Assembly (NCBI RefSeq): GCF_009834535.1
Contig: NC_045696.1
Span: 96,474,001-96,538,000, forward strand
From: Camelus ferus
Taxonomy: Eukaryota
Length of the DNA: 64,000 bases
Reading direction: 5' to 3'
The notes under the pieces are model-generated. The model searched no databases, had not been told where the DNA came from, and worked only from the letters and a program-made list of their open reading frames with translations. Shown in pieces: positions 52,443 through 64,000 of the stretch. The translations under genes and the position numbers were made by a program. Each line of letters begins with the position of its first letter. The stretch's first letter is position 1.

Positions 52443-55260
52443 AAGGAAGAGGAAAAAAAATCTTGTTAGTCTTCACTGATTAAATCCATGGTGCATAGAA
52501 TTGGAAAACTAGCTATTTCAACTGAAATTACAAGAAAGAATATCTTCTTTCAACCAGTATAAGGAAGGTTGAAAGTTTTTTATTCCTTTGTAACATTTGC
52601 AAGGCTTTAGGGACAGTTTCAAACCTTATCTTAAATTAAAATTAAACAGCTAAATAGCTCCTAAGTTGCTCTGAGGAAAGGGACTGTATCAAAGGCTATG
52701 CCCCCCACAAGAGAGAGAGCTTGAGAGAGAGAGAGAGAGCAAGCCTCAAAGAGTCAAGAATTCACAGTCATCCAGTGCTACATTTTCCCTGGATCGCATT
52801 TCTTTCGACACAAGTCTGCTCAGACCCACAGTGCTACTAAATCATGCTCTAAAGAAAATTACCTGCAGAGCCTAAAATATCCTCCAATAATAAAGTCCAT
52901 GTTTGTTGAGACCTTAAAGTCAGTCAAGAAGGTCAAGGCCAAAGATAAAAACTAAGAGCTTTCCTGCTGGGGAGAGGGCAAAATGTTCCCGACCCCAGGA
53001 CCACCATCCAAACGCCTGCTCACAAATTGGAAGTAGGGCAAAGGACGGCGACCGCCGGGGTTAGCTTTAAAATCTACATAGAAATCAAATCTACAAAGCT
53101 CCCATCTTTTCGAAAAGTGACTAATGTGGCTTTTCATCCTTCCTCCTTAGAGTCAGTGTTCTCTCCCCAGGGAGACGCCTATGAATCCTGCCCTCGGTGA
53201 AAATTGCCTGAAATTGTACACTAATGGCTTGAAACCCAGGATGTTTATTATGTTGTCTCTGACATGCACTTGAAGTTTGGTTTCAGAACAAATGTATTAA
53301 AGAGCAAATAAAGGCTGGCAGGTCGCTTTTGTACTTGAACTGCTGAGATATATGACTATGTCAGGTGTCTACATGTGGACATCTAAAGTTTATTTTATGT
53401 GAAGGTGCTTTTTTATTCTTTCTCTAGCAGCTCATTATGCTGGGATAAAAGCAATCCATAACTCATCAATTACTATTAAAATAACTTTATATAGATAATG
53501 ATTTTATATATGTAAGAATTTTCCATTTTTCACCATCCCTGAAGATGACAATTAAAGAAGGTATATATGAAGCTCATTTAGTTATTACAGCACTAACAGC
53601 CACTTGTGTAGAGCACATCCAATATGCTGGGCTCTCTCTGAGCAACTTGCAACGATATCTTACTTCATTCAATCCTCACGTCCACTTAAGGTTATAACCA
53701 ATGTTAGTTCAGTGCAGGGTCTGCTGTTTGGTCACTCACTTTAGAGATGAGGAAGTCCAGACTGAGAGAGGTGTAGGAAGTGGCCGTAGGCCACCAGCTA
53801 AGTAAGCGTCAGAGCCAGGGTTACGACCCCAGATCCATCTAGATTCAAAGGCCACCTTCTGCCCGCCCACTGTGCCGAGATGCCTGTCAGTATCATCTTT
53901 GCTTCTTTTCTGATAAAGTGGTAAATACAAAATGCCAGTTCTTGGAATTATACTCTAGCATAAGCATTTTGTAATCTGTCACATCTATGTCTTTACAGAG
54001 ACGTAGGTTTGTATAATATAATCTATAACATCTATTATAGGTACACTGATATTGGACTGCAATAGTCCGATGGTGGTAAAATCATGGCTAGGTTTTATAA
54101 CGCGTGACAGTGGTGCTCAACATCTAGAACTTTATCCACTGACTTCGAGCTTAAAACAGTGGTGAGTTTGAACTGACTGTGACTGTGACACACAGCACCC
54201 TTCGTCTGCTGGTTCGGCAGACATGTCTGCCACACATGTGCTCGGAGGATGGACCCAGCGGCGCTCAGAGACGTGCTAACCAGGAGCCCCATCCGACTAA
54301 TATGTCTAATGTTTTACCATATTTTATCACAAAACATCTTACAGAGAAGCAGTTTGCTCGAGAAAGAACCAGATGTGGTTCTAGGACAGCACACTAAGTA
54401 TCACTGGATCAAGGACCCCAAAGTCACTGCCTCTCCTTTCTGCCCCGAGGCATGGTGACTCTGTATGGGATCCATGAATAAACCAAATAGCATTTTATGG
54501 GTATTTAGGGACTCCCGCCTGGGTAGGTGCCGTAAATCGGAAGATTATACGGATGTGCTGGTAATAGAAACCTAATCTAAGAAAGGTTTCTGAGTCAAAA
54601 GAAAACCAGCGTGCTACCTAACAGTCAGATTCTGCTGTGGAAGTGAAACCCATCCTGCAACACTGCATCTGTCTTCCCAAAGTGAATCTCTTCTTACTCT
54701 ACGATAAAATTGCAGAGATTGCAAAAACATGCGTCTTTCAGTCCCAATGTCACAGCCCAGTGGGTGAGATTAAAAAAAAAGAAAAGGGAGCTCTCATTAG
54801 ATGACATGACAAGCCCCCCAGAGCCCACCAGACTGACGGTTCCTGCAGAACACAGCCAGCTCCCCGCAAGATGAGGCACTGTTTTGAAGCCTCCCGTCAC
54901 TTTTCTATTTGAAGGTACAGGTTTGAGTGTGAGTTTCCAATACCTAAGTGAGAACATAAAGCAGTTTGAGTCTAACACCATCTGGAAAGCCTTAGGAGGT
55001 TCACATTATCTTCGCACCTGCCGCCGAGAAGAAAAATCAACTCTGATGTTTAGAAGAGACTGAAGCCATTTAGGTCTTGCTGGAATTATTCCCCCAGCAG
55101 CCTTGGCAGAGCACACCACCATCCGAGTTGTACCCTCTTCCCTCTTTACATTTTCCCTTTAAAGAGACTGGCAGGAAGAAATCCAACCCTAAAAGTACCA
55201 GATGAAGCTCCATCCACTGGATTCTACCACTGAGTCGCTGAGGTGGTGCCTGGCAAACAC

Positions 55261-55300
55261 GACAACATCCCTGTAAACTCGACAACATCCCTGCAAACTC
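55261..55300. repeat. 20-bp tandem duplication
   Basis: gacaacatccctgtaaactc / gacaacatccctgcaaactc (1 mismatch). Confidence 0.95.
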
Positions 55301-57944
55301 GCTGAGAGAAGTTACATCAACTCAAGTCGTGTTCCAGGTGACAGAGACGCGAGCCAGACCACTGACAATTAGGCACGCGAACCGTCACCAGGAATCTGCA
55401 AAGAAAGCACAACGTTTCCAACACCTTTCTCAGATCACCTGATGGGGGCCTTGGGAGTCAACATCAAGCTCATTATGCAAAGGCACACTCTAAGCGCCAT
55501 TGTTCTAGAGGGCAGAAGAAAGAATGACATGGACTCCATCCTCGCCCTCTAGTCAGTGTTTAGAATGTGTCCATCATTCTACCTAGCTTCATAATTTTAC
55601 CTTAAATGATACATGTTCTGGAAGGCTTGACTGTTGCACGTGAAACTGAACCTACTGGGCTTATTACACAATGAGTGAATTTAAGGAGAAAGGTATTTTA
55701 TTTATAGCACCACTGGATCACAATTTAATTTCCTTTTTACCATGGCAACAGGAGGCAACATGAACAAATTCTGCATTGGTGGAATCTCACCAATAAAACA
55801 TATTTAGAATCCTCTTTGGGGGGAGGTTAGCTGATAAATTGTGTCTGCCCAAAAAGCAATACAAATTCTTAACTGAACATTCCAGGCAAACAGATCACGT
55901 GGTGTGCTGAGGAAAGAAGGGGGCGGAATATTAGGCCAGGTTCAGTTGGGAGGTGTTGGGTTGTGGTTTTGCAGGACTCACTTTAAACCAGGTGTGTTCT
56001 CAGCTGGAATCTAAAGGCTTGCCTCATAGAGTTAAAACCCAAAGTGCCAGGACAGTCACGCTCAACGTTTTCCTGTCGATCAGAATCTCTCGAGGCAGGT
56101 GAGGCGCTGCCTGCTCAGTGTGGGGTCTCTGGATGCACTTTGGGTGCTGGAGATTGTTATAGTTGTGACTACTTCGTTTTCCTCCTACTCGCATAAAATC
56201 ACAAGCGCGAGCAGCTTTGAGGTTCAGGAAAGAAAGCTGTTGCATGGTTGCACAAAGTCACAACAGTGTGGTGTCAGCCCCTTGCAGAGTATGTATCTGC
56301 GTGCCAGATGAATTTTGCCTACGTTACAAAGATTCTGTGAAACAATATCATACATGTCTCTAAGCGATTACATCCACCCACACATAATTTACAGGAATTT
56401 TCATTGGTATAAAACCAGCCAGAACATCCATCTGAAGTTCAAATGGAGTGACATTTATTACAAACAGCCCTCAGTTTCCCAATTAGTTTATCCATATTTT
56501 CCAACTTTAATAATTCCAAGTCATGCAGATCATATTTTGATTACACATAACCTTAGGACAAAAGGTACCATCACGAGAAGGCCTAAGAAAGAAAGAGCTT
56601 ATTTTATACCTAATGAATAGCCACAATGTTCTTTGGAATTTGGGGGCGGATTCTGGAATGAAAACACACGGGGCTGCTTCAAGCACACCCTCTGTGTTTT
56701 ACTTCCGATGTAGCCAGTGGCCAACTTGCCCCATATGTGGTGTGTCAGAGGCTACGTTATCCTCAGCCCGGAGGGGCCAGTGCTAGTGTGAGCAGCTGAG
56801 CAAACCCTGGGCCCACTATGAGCATATCCAGATTGGGGTGCTGAGCTTGCACCCCACTTTTAAACATCAACTAAAACTGAGGTCGTTTCTTTTAAACACA
56901 GTCATATAATTTTTCTCTGGGGGCTAAAGCAAAAAAGCTTAAAGACAAAAGCACCGCTGATTCACCCACTCACCCACAACTGAAGAACTTAAGCTCTAGA
57001 AAAAAGGAAGAGTTTTGAATAGAACTATTGAGAAATCAAAATGTCAAGTTATTAGCCTTTAATACTTGGGTTTACAAAACATGTGGTCATTTTCCAAAGC
57101 CGGATTTTCCATAAAACAGAATTTGGTCCTGAACACACAGTACAACTCTGAGGACTGAGAAGAAAAGAAACAGACTTGGATCCTTGCATTATGGAAAGAC
57201 CCACTAGAACCGAGGGTCCAAGAGCCCTCCCGGGCATCTCGTGGGAATGACGACAGTCATTCAATGGCATTTTTAAAAAGTGTGTTCCCTGCCTCTTTAA
57301 ACAAAATGGGAGACATCATTAATAAAAATACACTATAATATTGTGATATTCTCAGGGGCTACTGAAGTGTGCCAAACCCTTTACTCTGGGGCCTCCCAGA
57401 GTGGTGTTTTTGTGAATCTAATTCACAGCTAGGAAAAACCAGATAATGGGCTGATTAAAACAGTGAACTTAATGTTAGATGTAATAGTAAACCAGCTTAA
57501 TCAGCTCTAAGAATATCTTCACAGTTGATCTACATGTTGACGCGCAGATATGTGTGTATCTGTGAGTGTGAGTGTGTGTGTGTGTGTGCATGTTTCCCTC
57601 ATTTCCCAGCTTTTTGTCTATATTCAAAATATTCTCTATCACCAATTCTAAATATTCTTTTTCCTATATTCTAAATGGTCAGTGTTGCCAAAAGTCTCAC
57701 CAGCTGAATGAAAATATTGTCCTATCTTGGGACAATAGAGACTAATTGAAGTTCTCCTATTCCACCCTTATGCATCTATTTCAGTTTAACTATTTATTCT
57801 CCACCTCACTTCAAAACCAAACTGAGATGGTTCCACCTCCTTCATGAGCCCACCCTCAAAATCTTTTCGAATAAAACCCATTAAGAGAAAGCCTGCAGCA
57901 TCACCACCACACCAGACCACTCATCAATGCAAATTCATCCATGA

Positions 57945-58373
<429 letters not shown>

Positions 58374-58587
58374 TAGCTCTGCGGGAAAATGTGGAGGCTT
58401 GATTTCTGAAATGACACCTATGCATGAATCCCATGGACCTAAACCTAAGCATTGTAACCTGGGAATTCTAAGCCTCCTTTAAATAAGAGCAGGGGATCTC
58501 GAAGTAGCACAGGGGAACCAACAGCTTTTAGGTAAGAGGAAAAATCAAAAGGTGGAGTCAAATTTCCAAAAAAGTCTTCTCCAGAGT

Positions 58588-58664
58588 CTTCTCTCTCTCT
58601 CTCTCTTTTTTCTTTTTGGTGGGGATAGGCAATTAGGTTTATTTATTTATCTTTAGAGGAGACC
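58588..58664 (-). mobile_element. 3' fragment of a Vic-1-type SINE
   Basis: The reverse complement reads ctcctctaaagataaataaataaacctaattgcctatcccc plus a purine-rich tail, matching the tail of the SINE at about 36745-36790. Confidence 0.7.
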
Positions 58665-59814
58665 TTAGGAAAGCAATTGTAACTAAGGCACAGCCCCAGC
58701 AAACCTCTGAGGTTCCAGTCCAAGGGGAGAAGCAGGTGACCTCACGAATCATTTCATTTCAATTACAACCATGTTTTTTAAACACATGAGGCAAAAAGAC
58801 TAACCTTAAGATGTCTTTTAATAGTAGCCCTTTGGACAAGGGAATAAATGTGATGAGACTGAGAGTCTGTATCTGGTACCTTGGCACCATGGATGGAACC
58901 CTGTTGATTTAATGTCCAACTCTTTGCATTTAGCATCACAGGCCTGGCGTTAGGCAACTTTTCATTATTACAACTAAACTTGGAGAAGTATCTTAGTGAC
59001 TGTTTTATCTGGGCAGCTCCCAATTATTTTTCTTCAGTTATGAGAAATACACACACACACACAAACCCATTTCATTTAGTGGAACACTAACAATGTTTCT
59101 TAAAATATATTATTGTTTCCACTTTAGTCTCTTCTTCGAGGAAAGCATCGTTTTTGTTTTTGTTTTTTTTTTATTGGCTCACAGGCCTCACAAGCATTCT
59201 CTTCCGGGCACTGTGTTGAAAGCCTTACATATATTATCCCATTAAATTCTCCCAACAGTCATATGAGGTAGATACCATGATATCTGTTTTCCATAGAGGA
59301 AACTGGCCAAAACATTGAGGAAACATAGAGGAAGTGGCCAAAACATGATTCCTAATTGAATAAATGAGGCTGAGCGATGTTAAGTACCTTCTCAAATGTC
59401 ATTTGAGACAAACCTGGGCCTTGAACCCAGTTCGTGACTACCTCATTAGAATATTTTGCCCTTTACCCCAAAATGCAAAGGTACTCTTAGAAGCATTATG
59501 AGGTGGTAAGCCCTCCCTTTTCTTGTTTTCCCTGACAACATCCGGTGACCTACACCCCCCTAGTTCTCTGTGTCACATCATGACACTGGGCCATGCCATT
59601 ACGTGACATCAATATTCGGGTTTCAAAATCCACAGCAACCCAGGGTGCTATGGATGCGTTGTGTGGGAGGCATGTCTACACACCAGCCGCTGGAATCCCC
59701 CTCCACTTAACCAGTTCTAGGAACACAGCTTGCTGAGCCCAATACCTGCACACCCATACTTTTTCCCTTCCTTCCTCACTTCCTCTGAAATCGTGTACAC
59801 AGGCTGGGGTTTGA

Positions 59815-59979
<165 letters not shown>

Positions 59980-60049
59980 AAAGAAAGCCAAGATGTGCAA
60001 TGAAGCCTGAACTGACAGCACTGCTGGGATACAAAGCCCAATTTGGGGA

Positions 60050-60175
60050 GTCAGATAGAGCTGTGCTTAGCATGCATGAGGGCCTGGGCTCAATCCCCAG
60101 TACTTCCATTAAAAATAAATAAAGAAATAAAGAAAGAGAAAGAGAGAAAGAAAGAGAGAAAGAAAAAGCAAGAAA

Positions 60176-60203
<28 letters not shown>
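60050..60203 (+). mobile_element. 5'-truncated Vic-1-type SINE with a (GAAA)/(GCAA) microsatellite tail
   Basis: tgcttagcatgcatgagggcctgggctcaatccccagtacttcca; 16-bp TSD aagc(c/t)caatttgggga at 60034-60049 and 60204-60219. Confidence 0.88.
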
Positions 60204-60207
<4 letters not shown>

Positions 60208-60440
60208 TCAATTTGGGGAAAGACCATTTCAGGTCCACATTCCATATGCATAAGTCCTCCCCCTCCCCTGGCCAAAAGTCCTCCATGAGCAATTTTGTCT
60301 TCCTTTTGTCTCTATTAACTCTCTGCAGTTGCTACCAGTGTTGTAGGAAGAACACAGGCCACTTACAGCAGGGTCTGGAAGGTATCTCCTCTACATTCAC
60401 ATAGATTGGTTCCTTCACTGCATTCAAAAGAGAAACTGAA

Positions 60441-61231
60441 TGGTCATCACTCAAAAGTCCACAAATGGCAAATGCTGGAGAGGCTGTGGAGAAAAGGGAA
60501 CCCTCCTACACTGTTGGTGGGAATGCAGTTTGGTGCAGCCATTGTGGAAAACAGTATGGAGATTCCTCAAAAGAGTAAAAATAAACTTACCATATGACCC
60601 AGCAATCCCACTCCTGGGCATATATCCAGAAGGAACCCTAATTCAAAAAGACCTGCACCCCAATGTTCATAGCAGCAGTGTTTACAATAGCCAAGACACG
60701 AAGCAACCTAAATGTCCATCAACAAATGACTGGATAAAGAAGTTGTGGTATATTTATACAATGGAATACTACTCAGCCATAAAAACAATGCCATTTACAA
60801 CAAGATGGGTGGACCTGAAGGTCATCATTCTAAGTGAAGTAAGCCAGAAACAGAAAAATATCATGTATCACTCATATGTGGAATCTAAAAAAAAGAAGAA
60901 GACAAATGAATTTAAATATAAAACAGAAACAGACTCATAGACATAGACTACAAACTTGTGGTTGCCTGGGCAGGAGCAAGGGTGGGAAGGGACAGACTGG
61001 GAGTTCGAGACTTGTAGATACTGACAGGTATATACAGAATAGATAAAGAAGTTTATACTGTATAGCACAGTGAAATATATTCAAGATCTTATAGTAGCTC
61101 ATGGTGAAAAAGAATATAAAAATGAATATATGTATATTCATGTATGATTGAAAAATTGTGCTGTACACCAGAAATTGACACAACATTGTAAACTGACTAT
61201 AACTCAATAAAAAGAAAAAAAAAAAAGAGAG
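60441..61231 (+). mobile_element. L1 3' end (ORF2 C-terminus plus 3'UTR and poly-A)
   Basis: [37 protein letters not shown]2 peptide; AATAAA and poly-A; TSD agagaaactgaa at 60429-60440 and 61232-61243. Confidence 0.95.
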
Positions 61232-63270
61232 AGAGAAACTGAAGTCTCTCCTTCATGTTATTTCCAAAGTTGTCTCTTCTTGGTGTAATTCCCCCCGAGG
61301 ATTATGGAAGCAGGGAGCTAGCTTTCATTTGGGGATGAAGTCATAGGTAATACATCATCAGATTTTCAGTTATGGCAGGAACTCAAGCCTTCTCAAAGAT
61401 TTCCTGGTATGAAGAGCACTCCTTTCCAAGGTTACATTTCAAGTGCCCACATTAGCAAGTTCTTGTCATTAAAATAGAAAACAGGCTTGAAGTGGGGGGA
61501 GGTGGGTGGCTATTCCTGGTAGGCCAGCTATTGCAGTTGGCTGTGGGTTCAAGCCATCAGGGAGAGAACACAGGAGGCATTCTTTCTATCAGTGCTATGT
61601 TTGCTTTGTTTCTTTACAAGCTGGATATAAATACACAGATGGACAAACAGACACACTGAGAAAGAAGTCTGATTCCTAGACAAAATAAAATTGTATATAA
61701 AAATAAAATCTCTTCTTATGTCGTTGTTCAAAGGGGAAAATAATTCTTTCCAGAATATGATCTTTTCCTGTCCTGCTGAATGCTTACACTTTTCTTGAAG
61801 AAATACCAGAGTAAGATACATATTCTTTCTAATAGAAGCACAGGAGAACCATCTAGACCTTTTTCCTACCCACCCCACTGGTTTGCCGACTCATAGACTT
61901 AGGGATTTGTACTCACAAGCCAAAGGTTAGTTTGCAAAGAACAACTTTTCTGCACCCGTTGTCCAAATTAGTTTGTTAAATGCATTTTCATTTGGCTCAA
62001 AGAATAATGTTTTAACTTAAGGAGCATGTAGAAAATGAAACTTCAAGGTGAATAATAAATTATGTCAACAGAGAAAGCCAGTTTGGCTTGGATGGATGAT
62101 TACGGCATCCTTATCACTGATGCCTTTATTCAGGATTTTAAATACATCGGACCAACAAGTGGATCCCTGCAGACCCTCTTCATACTTGGTCTTAGTCTTA
62201 GCAATATTGGGCTTTTCCTGAGGTGCAGGCCTGCTTTTGTTTTATGGACACTGACTTATTTCTAACTAAATCTCCCTTTTGGTGTGGACTGCTGGGAAGC
62301 TTACAGCCTAATGAGAACCACAGCAACAGCACTGGTGAGAAAGCTCACAATCACAAATAAGCGATCTCACCACATGTGTTGCACACAGTAAGGACATTCT
62401 TTCCAACAAGAATGGTTCAGCCAGGAGTCCATGACTCTCTTAGATCAACTACGGTTCATCCTCCTGATGAACTGAGCATAGGACACTTGATAGCAGCACA
62501 AAACTGGGGCTCTGTAGAAGGAAGAAGGGCAGGATGACTGCTGTGTAGACAACCACAGTTGTGTGGCTGCCTGCCTGGCAGTGTGTGAGTCCTCACAAAA
62601 GGCATTTTTTAATTGGCCTCATTTCTGAATCTATTTTCTATCTCTACCCTGCTTTTCTTTTGAATGTTTACTATTTACTTGTAATGTATGTTATTTTGCT
62701 TATTCCGAGAACAAATCTATTAATAAGTAGAAATAATAGAAGAAAGATTCAGAACATGTTTTATATAGAGATGTATAATAATTTTGAAATATAAAGGTAT
62801 TAATCACTTTGTATGGCGATGTTCAGTGAAAATGAGTTTTCATTTCATCTTATAAACAGGGCACCCAATAATATTTGATTTTTGGCGGGGGGTAAGGAAG
62901 AAACGTGTTATTTTAAATTAGCTAGAAATTTTCTCTAGGTCCTCCTAGGACCATCAGTTCACCTTTGAACTTTCTTTGTTTTGAGATAAATGACTTTAAT
63001 TGTCCTGTCAGCTTTTGAAACATAAAGCAGGAGAAAGCTACTTCCTTGAAGACAGAGGTAATTTTTCTGAAGAGCTACCTAAGCTGACTGTGCCTTTAGT
63101 GGGACCATGCCTCTGAGAAGATGGCAAATACTTTTGGGAAGTCCTTCAACATTATTGTTTGTTCTTAGCAAATATGTGTATATCGCCTTGTCAAGAATAT
63201 GCTCACCAATGTCATAAGACCCAGGCCAGGGTTTCCTGGCTCGACCTGGTATCTCTAGGTTACACGCAAC

Positions 63271-63532
63271 TGTAACCGAGCAGGACCTGTGGGGCCTTCC
63301 AAGGTCAGACCCCCTCCCCCATGTCTCCTGCTGCAGCTCCTCTCTGAAGTACCCAGATAATAGTATTTCAGCTTTGCTGAAACCCTTCGGGGAGTTCAGA
63401 GTTTTCTTGGGCATGAGCCACCCCATCCTCCTTGCTTGGCCCTGCAATCAACCTTTCTCTGCTCCATACTTCGATGTTTCAGTTTGTTTTGGCCTCATGG
63501 TGCCGTGGGCACACAAACTTGCCTTCGTAACA
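63271..63532 (+). mobile_element. Short solo ERV1-type LTR (262 bp)
   Basis: TGTAAC...GTAACA termini with a perfect 4-bp TSD caac (63267-63270 and 63533-63536). Confidence 0.8.
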
Positions 63533-64000
63533 CAACTTTCAGTCACACCTGGACTGATGACTGTTGTAATTGCTGTCTCAGGGCTTTTGAGACACAACTG
63601 TTCACTCATTCATTCAGGGAACTTTCTAAACACCTCCTATGTGCCAGGCACTCGGCTGGGTGCTGGAGAAAGTGAGCGAAATGAGCCACAGCCCCTCTTC
63701 TCTCTTGGAGCTCTTCCAAGGCAAAGGTATTCATCAAAAAATCACTTTAATGAATATAAACTTGAAAACTGAGATGAGTGTTCAGACAGAAGGGATTTCT
63801 CATGTGTAACAACTTAAATTAAAGGCCTGGAAGTTCAAGAAAAGGCCTCTCTAAGGAATAGATGGTTAGGCTGAGGTAGATAGACTGAGTGGACCTAAGT
63901 AGGAGGGGAGCGGAGGGACGTGATGTGGTGAATGCGCTTGAGGAGGAGAGAACCTGCGGGGCTCCGGTGCAGAGCGCCGGTGGGGAGCTGCTGAGAAGCA

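Noticed and set aside
59292..59346. Short direct repeat catagaggaa..tggccaaaacat x2 with a spacer
   Set aside because: Only two copies in MIR-like sequence; an ordinary slippage duplication, not an array
60440..60940. 166-aa ORF
   Set aside because: Degenerate L1 ORF2 C-terminus, not a host gene

Overview
Mammalian genomic DNA, most likely camelid, judged from tRNA-derived Vic-1-type SINEs; the younger L1 3' ends are compatible with this. The window holds the last coding exon and 3' region of CLRN1 (clarin-1, + strand, 5399-5664) and, about 24 kb downstream, a complete 12-exon MINDY4B (FAM188B2) gene (+ strand, 29927-59979). I assembled MINDY4B by hand into an intact 1377-nt CDS (458 aa) with GT-AG introns and matching phases; both catalytic residues are replaced, so it is a pseudo-deubiquitinase. 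The rest is intronic or intergenic and rich in L1, MaLR/ERV LTR, DNA-transposon, SINE and microsatellite sequence. Almost all supplied ORFs are spurious. The most interesting signal is tentative: a chain of + strand exon-like remnants between CLRN1 and MINDY4B whose broken translations resemble cadherin repeats and Cys-rich modules, possibly a decayed lost gene. Other signals are a shifted MINDY4B splice acceptor, a retained CLRN1 alternative C-terminal exon, a local rearrangement scar (an inverted duplication plus a templated insertion) and several nested transposon insertions. Gene identities and repeat family names come from recalled sequences, not database searches.
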